From Epiperipatus broadwayi (taxonomy: Eukaryota > Animalia > Onychophora), in the NCBI GenBank assembly GCA_028023455.1, contig JAQFVV010000005.1, forward strand, positions 12,214,001-12,278,000: 64,000 nucleotides of DNA. The letters are read 5' to 3'. The notes under the pieces are model-generated. The model did no database searches and was not told where the DNA came from. It worked only from the letters and a program-made list of their open reading frames with translations. Numbering within the stretch: position 1 is the stretch's first letter; the number at the start of each line of letters is the position of its first letter. The position numbers were made by a program, and so were the translations under genes. Shown piece after piece: positions 49,501 through 62,993 of this stretch.

Positions 49501-52500
49501 TTTTACTTCTATTCACTAACCATAGTGAAGAATTAATAAATCTAAATGAAAGAATTCAGTCTGATTGAATAAGAAAAGCTTTTATATAAATCAAGTTGTT
49601 CTTTCCTTTTAAAAAAACAAAAACAAATTTATCACTTTGATTGTTTAGAAAAAAAAATTTTTCTATTATTAAAATGAATAAAAAGATTGTTCATTTCAAT
49701 ATAAGCTAAAAATGTGAATAATGTATGCTGTATTTTTTTTTTTTTTTTTGATTATAAATAACTAAAATAGACATAAAGGTTGTAGGTATGGTGGGAATAC
49801 TATAATAAAATAAAGATGCATTTAAATAAAATTCCTTAAATTGTTTTTTTTTTTTTTTATAAGAATAATCTAATTTTCCCAGTGATACTATTCATGGAAA
49901 TGTCTTCATTTTGCAGTTATTATAGTCTGATAATAAATGAAACAATTTCAAAACAACTAATAATAAAATTCTTGTCTTTTTTTTTACAAATAATAACATT
50001 TTTTAATTTCATTATAGCATACAGTTTTCATAATTAAACATCTAAAAATTTAATTTATTTCAGAAGATTTATATCTTAATTGATAGTGGTTTAAAGAAAT
50101 TAAGAATTATTGCTTTTTTATATACATTAATTCTGTTTTTAGAGTCTAAATCATTGGAACTTTTCATATCACTGAAAATAATTGTACTGGATGGTAATGA
50201 AAAAAAAATGTAGGTAACTCCCAGAGAGTGTTTGCTTTTTATAATACTATGGGATAAAGAAATATTCTTTTTTCAATTAAAACATTTAATAATGGAAGTT
50301 GGTCATTATTTATTACTTCCATAGTAAATTTTATGTTATTGTTTAAAAGAGTTTAAGAAATTAAAAATTCATCAAAAGCATGAGGCCAAACCATAAAGGT
50401 AGCATCCACACACCTGTTATACAGGTGGTCTTTTAACTAATAATGTCAAAATTTTCTTTTCCAAGTTCTTAAAAATAGAAGCCAATGCTGGGACAAATAG
50501 CTAATCCTGATGTTTATTTATACATCTGACCATCAAAAACAAAGAATATATTCAATAAGCAATATTCAATCAAACTACAATAAAATCAAAGCTATTGAAT
50601 ATTTTTCAAAATTTCAATACCTTCCTTTAGGTACATTCGTAAAAAAGTGAAACAATATCAAAACTTATCAAAATATCATTCTTAATTAAATATCTCAGAT
50701 AAGCTTAAGAAAATGATTCACAATTTTAACATATTTCTATTAAATGTGGCCATAAAAAAGATAGAAAAGAGCTAGTGTCTGTGAACCAACTGCACTTACA
50801 ATTGGACTCAATGGAATATAGTTTGTGGATTGTTGGCAAACCATATAACATTGAATAAAAATATTTTTCTCTAGGTATAAGATAGATCTTTGTTTTTAAA
50901 TCTAGAGCAGTAACAAATTAATGCTTTCATTTTCTTTTCAAGATAGGGTCATAGGATCTCTATAAATTCTTTTATAAATATCATTTAATAAATTATGTAT
51001 TTTTAAAAAAATAATTACTAGTATTCAAAATTACTGTATTATCTTAATCTGCTGGAAGGATAGTAATCCATTTATCATTTTTTAACATAAGCAAAGCTTT
51101 TCTTTTAATATCAGGTACATTAGTTTTAGGTGGTTTTGCTTTATTTAGAATATATATTTTCCCTCTTATTATGTTTGTCTCCCCATAAAGTATTTTTGAG
51201 AACATACTTTCCATTTTACAAACATTTCAAACAGCGAATTTTGATGGTTAAATAGCAAAATAAAAATCTTTATTAAGAACTCTCAGTACAGAATCAGATA
51301 ATTTTCGATCTGATAAATTTTTGATGGCTTGTATATTTATATATATGCAAAATATTATCATAATGGACATATAATAATAATAATAGGAATTTTAAGCAAC
51401 AATGAAGTAAAAAATTGTTACACAAATTGTATGATAAATCCTACAGTATGGTAATCAGTGAAATGATTAGCTTCACTAGTTTCCAAAACATATTTTTCTG
51501 AATCTTTGAAATCACAGAAATAACATTTGAAAGGTTTAGAAACAAGTCAGTTTTTCCAAGATTTATTTTATTTTCATCAAATGATAATTTTTTTATAATA
51601 TACTTTCTATTATTAATCACATTTTTTTTTCAACGTGTCCTATCATGCTTTATTAACCTATATTTTACTGCAGTCTTGTAATTACACAAACTCCTTTAAA
51701 TATTGTCTTGTATGTAATTTTAAATTTGCTTTCTAGTCATTTTTGTAGTCATAATATCTATCTAGTAGTAACTATTTTATTTCACCTTTATTTTGTAATT
51801 AATAACATGCTGATGCATTGGGGTGAAACTTTTTTATATAATTTCTGTAGGTTTTCAATATCATAATTTCTATCTAGGAAACTTTTTCGCCTTTATGAAT
51901 TCTTCCTTCATGTCTTTCTAAACTATTATTGCAAGCAATGCTACAATAACAAAAACCATATTGCAATGAATTTTTTCTGTGTTATTTTGTGTAATTTTAA
52001 TGTTATTTCTAAACAAGTTTTATAATCACATAAATTGCACTACAAAGGTTTTTTACCTATATGCATTATTTCATTTTGTCTTGGTTTAGTTTTTACATTA
52101 GTCTTGTAATCAAAGCTACTATGAATATACTTGTCTGTGACACAAGTTCTTTCAGATATTTATGAGCTATTTACAAGTTTTAGAATGATACAAGCAGCAG
52201 TGGAAAGATTTTTCTTCTAAGTTTTCTGTCATGTTTCACTAAACTAATCACAAAGACTACAATGGAACGATTTTTCTCCTATATGTATTCTTGTGTGGAT
52301 TTTTAAGTTTGCAATGTATGCCCACCTGTAATCACAATAGCTGCATTGGAACGGTTTATGTATGGTTGTGTACATTTAAACTTCTGTTATCAACAGTCTT
52401 GTAATCACAATAGATGTAATAGAAAGGATGTTTTCCTGTGTTCTTTCAGGGCTTAGCTAAAATACTTTTAACAGCAGTCTTAAGAGTCACAAAATTTGCA

Positions 52501-52576
52501 CTGAATGAATTTTTTCCTACATGTTCTTTAATGTGTTATTAAATTATTTTTGACAACTGCCCTATAATCACAAAAA

Positions 52577-53812
52577 GGTACTGTTCTATTAGCATGTTGA
52601 AACTGCTTGATGGCATTGATCCCATCCAAATGCATATAAATGCTGTTTAGTGGGCCACAGTCAAACCAAATAGCCACTTTTTTTTCTGTTGTAACTAATG
52701 GCTTGTTTTGTCTTGCAGTTTGTGCAAGTGCACACAATATTATCTTTTAGCAATGTTAACATTTCACTACCGTACCATTTCAGAGTGGGTGGATTTAAAG
52801 TTTGCAGAACTATTGCAATCTGCATTCAAAAGTAATTGTGGTACAACTTACCTACCATAATATTAAAAAGTAATAGTTATAAGCCCATTACCCCACTTCT
52901 GAAACCAACATGTGAGATGTAAATAATTAGAAAAGATTACGGGAAACCACAATTTCACTGTTCTGCCAAAAAAAGTCACAGTTTGCGAGAACATCTACGA
53001 GAATTAAAATGTCTGACTAAAATTTCTTGTAATTATATCCAGAGACAAAAAGAAATTGTAAAAAGAATACATTTCTTAATTGTAAAAAAAAAAAAAAAAA
53101 ATAGAGTTAGAAAATTATTAATCGTTATTAATAGGTGTGCCATTAATGTTATCCACCATACTTTAGTCACATATTCTTTCAAAGATAGCTATTGGAGTAA
53201 ATAGAGATTAATTTTCCTTTTCAAAAATTACCAAAAAAGAGTCAAATACAGTTCAGTAATTAAAGCATTCTCATTTCTTCCATCACGGTGTAGTTAGTTA
53301 TCTGTCAAGCAATGATAGTAGACTTTTTAAAGTTTGCAAGGAGGGGGGTTCCCAGCACGAACCACTGGCATACACGGGGAATTCTACTAGAATAGAATAT
53401 TTGCAATAACATCTCTTAATTGATGTTTTAATTCTTGCAGATGTGAAAAGGCATACCACCTCCACCCCCACCAACACTGCAGAACTAAGATGAAATTTGT
53501 AGGCACTTGTTAAAGGTTTAAATTTATTATCATAAAATTGTTAATCAAATAAATTTGACAGTAATTTATTAAGAAAATCAATCAATGAATTTATCTGAAT
53601 GTCAAAAATTTACTAGTAGTTATATCTAGAGACAAAAAGAAATTGTAAAAAGAATTACAGTAATTTATTAAGGAAAATAAATGAATTACGTTAATCTATA
53701 TGATTATTACTATTTCACAAATAAGGTGGTGGGCCCAGTAATGTTATATTTATGTGCATTTTCATAGAAACAATGCCATCAAGCAGTTTCAACACACTAA
53801 TAGAATAGTACC
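52577..53812. mobile_element. Non-autonomous TIR transposon with 8-bp TSD (Merlin-like GG..CC ends)
   Basis: 42-bp TIR GGTACTGTTCTATTAGCATGTTGAAACTGCTTGATGGCATTG (39/42 match); TSD CACAAAAA at 52569-52576 and 53813-53820; removing it restores a zinc-finger repeat. Confidence 0.88.
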
Positions 53813-54160
53813 CACAAAAATTGTACTAGAATGGTTTTTCTTCTGTGAATATTCAATTACTTGTGCTTTCTGCACTGTAATCACAAAAACTGCACTTGAC
53901 TAATTTTTCCTTAGTTTTTTCACTTTACCAGAAGTCTTGTAGTAACACGCATTGCATTGGTATCTTTTTCCTTCTGTATTTTTTTTTTTCAGTTTTAATC
54001 TGCTTTGTTCATTAATCTATAATCACATATCTTACACTGAATATATCTGCTTGTAACAGTGAAATTAATTGTTTGTGTTTTAGTTTATATTTTTTGGCTA
54101 GTTTGGTTGAATTGTGAATTTGTGGTAATTTTGATTTTATTGACTAGTTTAGCTTTAGAT

Positions 54161-54303
54161 TTAATGGGTGGAATTATCCATTTATAAGTACTTAATTAGA
54201 AAGCGCTTAACCTAGAACAAATTGCCCCAGGGCCGAGGGCTTGTGAAACTGATAGTCTTATGCAAATAATTAAGTACTTATAAATGGATAACTCCACCAT
54301 TAA
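54161..54303. mobile_element. Tiny MITE with ~38-bp TIRs and TTAA at both ends
   Basis: TTAATGGGTGGAATTATCCATTTATAAGTACTTAATTA versus the inverted copy at ~54267-54303. Confidence 0.8.
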
Positions 54304-54519
54304 AGATTTCCATATATATATTTCTCCTATATAAATTCTTTCACTTCTTCTAAAAATATTTTATTTGCAGTTATTTTGTAATAATTGGTTGCACTAAAAA
54401 AGTTTTTCACTAGTAAGTGTTCTTCAGTACATTTAAATTATTTAATTTGCAGTAGTCTTATAACCACATAAGCAAATGGAATAGTTTTTGTTTTCACAAT
54501 AATTTTATAACCAGAAAAC

Positions 54520-57500
54520 TTTTAATATTGGAAATATTTTTCTTATATATAAATTATTTTATATAAACTTATTTTTTTCTGCAATTTTCCTACTTATACA
54601 AATGGCCAAAAAGTTAATTTTTCATTCATTTTAAACATGAAATAATAGAAGGGTGCATATTCATATAATCATTTATTTTTGCATGGATTTATTTACAAAA
54701 TGATAAAGCACTTAACATCTGCATTCCTTGCCAAAATCTTTACTAAAAAGTCTATTTTTATCTTTATATGAAATTATTCACAAATTTTGTAATATAATTG
54801 CAATGAGTAAACAAATTTTTGCCAAGATATAGATCCTATTGTGAATCATATAAAAATATAATTATAGTATTATATCAAATTGACAATTGAAAAGATAGGT
54901 GGAGGTTTTAGTAATGTATTATGTGTAGTTTTTTAATAAAGTACTTACTGAAAAAATTATAAATGTATAAGATCACAGAAGTAAAAAAAAAACATAGGTG
55001 AGAAACAAACAATCAACTATGAGCAGTCATCAAAATTGATGTAAAGGATCTACATATTAGCATTCTTTCCCAGCAGTCTCTTTATCTTATAAGCAAAAAA
55101 ATAAATTGTTTTCATTTATATAAAATTGCTTATTTCTCAACTTTTTTATCAGAAGTGCTAGATAACTGCAGTTATAATTTCTGTTATGGGGTATTAGATA
55201 ATACTTCAAATTTAATTATTAAATCACATAATCTACATTTAATAAAACATTTAAGATACTTTTTCCAATGGTTGATTTATCAATACACAGGTCAGACACA
55301 TTTTTTAACTTTTTTCACAAACTATCCTTTCACTTTAACAATAAACTGTTCACAATATTGTAAACAATGATAATCGAATATTAAAGTCAAAGATTTTGCT
55401 ACTGGACTTTTTTTTCCAAGTTGTATTGTTAATGTTGAATTTTACTGATAAAATTTTTTAATACTATTTGAAAAATATTTAGAATTAAAAAGCAATATAT
55501 TAAGTCATTGTTTTTCAAATGAAATCTTAAAAAACAATCAACAACAATTAAAGGAATTGGTAACATTTAGTAAAAAAAATATTTCTATGTAAAATCTTAC
55601 AAATCACCGCAAGTAAACGAAATTATCATTGGAAATTAATGACAATTATTCTTGCAAGTAATAATTGAAGCATAATATTTATTTAGAATAAAAACATTAT
55701 TTTAGTTTCATTGTCTTTAAACGAAGCTTCTTGGAAAAACACTCCACAGCAACAAAAAGAAAACAGGCCATTTAAAAGAAGGTGATCCTGCCATATAATG
55801 TATTCTGTAATAAACAATTATTAGTCAATCACATTCAGGTTAACAGATTATCTTCCTGTAGGTGGCCATATTTTCCATAATAGATTATAGTGCCTCAAAT
55901 AACCCCATTTGTTTTATAGTCTTTCACAACAACGATCACATGAAGCTTATTTTAAGTGCAAGTTTTTGGATATGTGTTCCTTCCTCTTAACCTAAACAAA
56001 AAATATTTATAATGCTAAGAAATGGTGGGATGTAATATATATATATTCTGAATATTTGCATGTGTGCATATATATAAATAAGCAATAGCTCATTTTTTCT
56101 AAATCTTTGTTTATAAATTTTCTTTAAATATCTAAAACAATATTACACATACTTTAAGTTATACTGTTTAGCTTATGGAATTAATTCACACATAAGTATT
56201 ATGTGTTGCAAAATATATAATTTGAATCAGTTAATGCTAAAGCCAAAGAACATTAGAAAAACGTCTTAATACAGTTTTTGAAATAAGTAAGATTTTCAGT
56301 TACATCAACACATAAAATTGTTTTAAAAAATCAAAAAATATGCATATCATATTAGCAAGGGTTTTACATATCTACATATATTATTTTATTTATAATATTC
56401 ATAACATACGACAACTATAAAATTAAAACATAACTAAATGAAAACTGAGAATCCTGCAATTAAAAGAACAAGCATCATAGTTATTCAGACTAAAAAACTG
56501 TGCATTTTTAATAGTAATCTTCAAAAGTTGACAATGTCATGCCTATATGCCATGATGTTCCACATTCTTAGCCACAAGTGAAATACTTACAAAATCAAAT
56601 CCTTTAGTGTAATCTAAAAAGCTACTGCAACTTATTTGCAAGGTTCTTTTTTTAAACTGCTTACTTTTGTATAATTATGTTTGTAATCCCATTATATTTT
56701 GCTAAGGAATGCATTCTGTATGATTCAATGTCAAAATCAAATTATACATAAATTTAGTAAACATTTAATAATTTGTGTAATGAGAATGCAAACAAAGTGT
56801 GATCTAACAATCAATTTTAATTCATATGAATATACTAAATTAGGGCTAATAATTTCTTTAATGGCATCCATTATGATAAAATAAATTGACTGTACATTAC
56901 AAATAATGAAAATCAATGATTTATGGCATGAATTGTATACAAGAATTCATTATATATATATACAAGAAACTGAAACAAAATTCATTATAAAGAATTAGTT
57001 ATGCATGATTTATTATAATAAACAAACTACAACTTTGAAAACAATAAAAATACAATTATAAGAACAAACATATATATATATATTAAAAAATAAGCTCATG
57101 TGCTTCTCTTCCAATATATATATAAAATTAAGATTTACCTGAATTGGGCACAATGACACCAGTTGCAAAACAAAAAATGGACAGCAATCTTAAACTATTA
57201 AATCTAACTTGAAACTTTTTTCCATGTTCCAAGTAGTCTTTCCAAATAGGCTGCCATAGACAATACAATATATCACGAAATTACTAGTTAGTAAATGGCT
57301 ATGTAACTTTTCTTGGCCTAAGCATAAAATAAAAAGTAAAAACATGAGCAGGTGCTTTTGAGAAAGCTACTCAAATTATTCAAGATTTTATAAAATGATG
57401 AAACAAATAGTGAGCTCTTCCATGAGAAAGTGTGAAACAAATAATCATTAGATATAAAATTATTTCTCCAATATAGTGGCAATTTAATGTAGACATTTTC

Positions 57501-60500
57501 AATTATTAACTGATAGTATCTGGGAATTGCGTGTTTATTATTTTTTGTTTTGATACATCCATCCTAATTCTTATTTCATTATCTTTGTAATTCTTAAAAT
57601 GAGATAGCTTCAATTTGTTTAGTGATGCTAATAATATAGTTTACTTTGAAGAGTAAAAAAATATTAAATTTACATTCTTCAATCTCTGGGGAAACAACAG
57701 ACTTTCATTTCACCATTACTGTTATTTTATTCTAGAAGTAAATAATTAACAGGATTTTTAATGGTAAATTACCTTTCTAGATAACTTGTACTCACTTTAT
57801 CAATGTTTTCTGTTTAAGTAGCATAGTTTCCAGTGTGAAGTAAAGTATTCTCATTGTTTAAATAAAATTCAAACCCTGGGTGATATTTTTTCCAATTATT
57901 TTGAAACAGATATTTCATAAAAATATATTAATTCTCCATTTAGCTTATTTTAGGGCATAATATAGACATATGTAATAGAAAACAGATTTATTATTGTTTT
58001 AAAATCAATTATCTAAATGCACATATTAGAGTCTGGATTTTGGGTAAGATTTTGGCAAAATTTAATCATATGAATCATATCGTACAAGAAATGCAATTGT
58101 GTCATAATCTGTGAAATGATTAGCTTCATGAATTTCTATAACAGATTTCTTTGAATCTTTAAAATCACATAAATGACATTTAAAAATTTCACTATTATAA
58201 CAGTCTTGTTTATATTTTCTTTCTGGATTACTTTGATCAAATGTTACAGGTTTATGTGAGTATAATTTTTATAATTTATGACAGTGTTTTGTGTAAATGC
58301 TTTGTGATCACATAAGCTACAACTGAATAGCTGTTGTCCAATGTGTATTCTGTTATCCTTCATTAAACAATATATTTTAACAGACTTGTAATCACAATAG
58401 CTACAGTGAAAAGGTTTTTCTCCTGTATGTTTTCTTTCATGTCTTTCTAAAGATTTTTTGGCATCAGCTGTAAAATCATAAAATTTACATTGGAATGTTT
58501 CTTCTCTTGTATGTAGCTTTTCATGTAGTTTTAATCTGTGATTTACACTGCACTTGTAACCACAAAATCTGCAATGGTAAGGCTTTTCTCCTGTATGCAT
58601 TCTTAAATGCTTTTTTAAAGTACATTGACTAGTACTCCTATAATCACAAAATTTACATTGAAATGTTTTTCTCCTGCGTTTCCTTTCATGCCGTTTCATA
58701 AACTGTTTGCCCGCTGCCTTATAATCACAATAGTTGCATTTGAACGGTTTTTCTCCTGTGTGTGTGTTCTTTTATGAATCTGTAAGCTAGCATTATCAGC
58801 AGTCTTATAATCACAATATGTGCAATGGAATGGTTGTTCTCCTGTGTGTGATCTTTCATGGCTTGTCAAAATATTTCTGAAAGCAGTCCTGTAATCACAA
58901 AATTTACACTCGTATAATTTTTCTCCTGTATGTGTTCTTTCATGAGTTATTAAATTATTTTTGCCTGCTGCTCTATATTCATAGAACTTAAACTGAAGTG
59001 GCTTGTCATATCTTCTTGTTTGTATATATTTAAATATATTTTTGCCCAAATTTGGTATCCATATAACACATATACCTATGTTCTTTGACTATCTTCATTC
59101 TTTAATATATTTAATCTGCTTTTCCAATTAATCTGAAATTACACAAATCAATATTTTTGGCTGATGAGTTTTTGTATTTATTACAACTAATTTTGTAATG
59201 ATAGAAGCTGCAATTGAAAGGGTTTTTCTCTGCTATGTTATTTCAAGCACTTTTTAATCTTTATTTATAGTATTTTTATAAGTACATAAAACACTATTAT
59301 ATAGTTTTTCTCCAGCGTTAGATTTCATGATTTCCATATAATCTATGTGATTTTTCCTACAATTTTTCGAATTATACAAATAGCTACCAAATTAACTTTT
59401 GATCCATATGAATATTTATTTCTAATCATTATAAAACACATTAAAAATAGATGTTCTTTATACTCATAAAAATATTTGATTGTGTAAACATTTATTTATA
59501 AGGTAATAAAACCCTTCACATGGAAGCAACCTCACTAAAATCTGTATTGAAATTTTTACTTTTATCCTTATATAAATTATTCATTCAATTGCATTGGCTA
59601 AACAAAGTTTTAATAGATAAAAAAAATCATTTTGTGAATCAATAAGAAATAAAGTTGACTGTGATCTTCTATCAAACTGAAATTTTGAACAACAGAAGAA
59701 GATATAACTGGAGGGTTTTAATAGCATATATTTGGAAAAAATAACTTAAATGTTAATAATATAATTTTTTAAGAGTATTGATAGATCATTCAAAAAGTAG
59801 ATCAAGTAACAAAGTGTAGAGGTGGTCATTTTTGATAGAATCACATTTTAAGTCTTTTGTAAAAAATTCACGAGCCTTTCAATCATATAAGCAGAAACAC
59901 AAATCGTTTTTATTTATATAAATTCATTTATTCCTGTTTCATATCCGAAGTGAAATAAGTGATAGCTACTTTAATTAGTATTATAGGCTGCTAGCATTTA
60001 ATCTGTATTTAATTTTTTCCCAATGGAATATTTATCAGAGCATTGATCAGATACATTATTTTATTTTTCAAAATTACACTTTCATTTTAAAAATAAACTT
60101 TTTATAGGATTGTAAACAATAATGGTGTATTAAAGTCAAAGTTTTTATACTGTTTTTCAAATAATATTGTTGATGTCACATTTTACTGCTCAATAATTTT
60201 AACAATAACTAAAACACAAAATCTATTTACAATTAAAAGATTATCTTAGCATCACTGTCACTACATGAAACTTTTTTTTAAAAATGATAAAAATAGAACA
60301 ACTGATAGTGTTTAGTTAAAAGTATCAAACTCCTACAAATCACCAATAAATGTCTTTTTTATAATTAAAATGTCTTTCATGAAACATTGAATAATTTGTT
60401 GATCATTGATGTATTCCAAATAATTTTAATAAGTTTATGATATAACTATATTAACTTAATTTTCAATATAAATTTACTTTCAACATAGTGTTCAAATATT

Positions 60501-62990
60501 CAGATTTTCTTTGCCATGGAATTTAACAAATTTCAAAATAATTCAGTTTTCAATACACTTCATATCACATTTTTAATCATATATTTTGAATAACAATTAG
60601 CAATCATTATATTCCTGCTATTTTTTCCCCAGAAAATGTAATTTTCTATACAAAATTAATTCATTTCATCCAATGTGTATATATTTTTTAAATTGTGATT
60701 ATTTAAAAATTCCAAATCTATATTTTTTTAAAATAAAGTAATATGGTTTAACAATTGTCATTTATAGTCCATCTTTCACATTTATCTTAATTACAGCTAT
60801 GTTGTTTCTTAAAATATACTGCAATGAATTCTTTGATCCTGATAATTTCCCACTACCATAAGAAAACAAAATTATCATTGAATATTAACAATTATTAATG
60901 TAAATGATAAATTATTTTATTGATTAATTAAAAACACAATTTTGAACAAAGCACTGTTTGTAAACAAGATGTGGCTATTACTCTGTGGCTGCATAATTCA
61001 CATAATACATTATCATCACTCAAAACATGTTTAATTTATATTCTCTCATAAATCTGTCACAATAATCACATGAAATTTTTGTCTTAACTGCAGGTTTTTA
61101 GATGGATAAAAATAAATAAGTATTTGCAATGTTAAGCAATGATCATATATATATTCCAAATATATACATGTGTGTGCATATATATATAAATAAACAATAC
61201 TTCAAATTTTCTCTTTCGTACTTATCTTTTATAAGATTATTCCTTTTACCAACTGATAAAATTGTTTTCTTTTAACATGTAAGCAATGCTAACATATTTT
61301 AAAATATACTTAATAATTTCAAAGATAGATGAACACAGTTCTTGCAAAATAAATAAACTGAAATCAGAAAATGTTAAAGCCAAAGATCATTAGAAAAGTT
61401 TTAATGATTTTTGAGATAAAGTAAGACTTTCAATTACATCACCAATATAAAATTATTTAAGAAAATCATGAAAAATTAAAACATGAAAAAAAAAGCATCT
61501 TATATTAGAAAGTGCTTTACATATCTACATATACTATTTTACTTATAATATTCAAAATATACAATGGCCATCAAATGAATTCTATCAAATTTATTACTAA
61601 AAGTCTTGCAATTATAAAATCAAGCATCTCAGTTATTCAGACTAAAAAAACTCTAAGCATTTTCAAAGATAATCTTAAAGACTTTTTACAATATTGTGTT
61701 TATATGTTAAAATATTGCACAGATTTAACCACAGCTGAAATCTTTATAAAGTCAAATGCCTTTTAAATAATTTATAAATCCACTCCAGTTTATGTTAAAG
61801 TTATTTCTTTTAATTTCTTACCTTTAATTAATTATAATGCAAATCTTATAGTATTTTGCTAATGAATATCACTCACATGATTCAACATCTGCCTGTTGAT
61901 TAATAGTCAATGTTAAGATCAATTATGCATAACATTTATTAAACATTTAACAATTTATGTAATAAGAATGCAAATAAAATAAAAAAATCAACATTTTTTA
62001 ACACAATATATTAAATTAGTGAATATGTTTTTACTGACATCCATTATGATAAAACAAGTAGATTATATAAAATCAAATCAAATTACAACAGACACAATTC
62101 ATAATATCCAAAATAAAAAATAGTTACATATAAAAATCTAGTCACATATATTTTGTTGTGATGACATTAAAATTTTGAAAAGTTACAATTAAAAGAGCAA
62201 ATACATCAACATCAGGAAAAAAATCAAACTAAAAACAAATGAACAATTCATGTAGAAAACCATATTACTCATCACAATCTCACCTATCCCTCAAAAAAAG
62301 CCTATAAAAACTGAACATATTGATATCAATTGCAGAAATGAGAAAAAAAAATCGCAAATATTTAACTTGAAAATTGTTCAGATTTCAAACAGGCTTAAGA
62401 TTTTTTTCTAGATAGACTTACCATCATGAGTCCAGTGTGCCACACAATTATTGTTTTTATATAAGAGTATGTAGTTTTTCTTGGCTATAATATAAAACAA
62501 AAAATGAAAACATGATCAGATTCACATTCTTTTTTCCGGTTTGTTTTCATGAACAGTTATCCATGTTTTCCAAAAAAAAACACACAGTGAGCTATTATTT
62601 GAGAAATGAAAAGTATTTCTGTAATAAAGTAAAAACGCACAGAGATTTTCAATTAAAATTGAAAGTAATAGAAAACTATGTCCAAAACATTTTTCATAAA
62701 AGTTTATTACTTTTATTTCCATATATCCATCAAAACTCCTATTTCATTAATTCATGTTATTCTTAAAACAAAATCAAACAAGCAAGATTTTGGTTTATTA
62801 TTATTAATACTGCATTTCTATGGTAAATTCTCTTTCTAGAAAACATGTACTCAATTTTACTTTATCAGACTGTTTTTTTACTTATTTTATCATATTATAT
62901 ATATGTTGTAGAAGATATAATTATCATTATTTTAAGACCATTTTTACTATAATTTTAGATAACAGACATTAACACAATTTCTCAAAATTA
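54520..62990 (-). repeat. Old tandem segmental duplication: spacer 54520-58060 is homologous to 59400-62990
   Basis: Collinear shared blocks, e.g. TAAAGTCAAAG (55382/60130), ATGTGTGCATATATAT (56060/61168), AAAGCCAAAGA.CATTAGAAAA (56239/61376), GTTATTCAGACTAAAAAA (56480/61631), TGGTAAATT...TTTCTAGA (57762/62821). Confidence 0.8.
58062..59330 (-). pseudogene. C2H2 zinc-finger pseudogene B, frameshifted and collinear with the 63-kb gene
   Basis: Two ORF pieces joined by a 2-bp dinucleotide insertion near 58760; second frameshift and stop before the tail FKCHLCDFKDSKKSVIEIHEANHFTDYDTIAFLVRY; lost Cys/His in two fingers. Confidence 0.88.
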
Positions 62991-62993
62991 TAA

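Larger units (their letters stand above)
51418..54520 (-). pseudogene. C2H2 zinc-finger pseudogene C, heavily decayed and interrupted by two transposons
   Basis: Remnant fingers (YRAVVKNNLITH*, QCKFCD, YCDYKTVDN) collinear with the 63-kb gene; intact tail KPFKCYFCDFKDSEKYVLETSEANHFTDYHTVGFIIQFV*. Confidence 0.85.
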
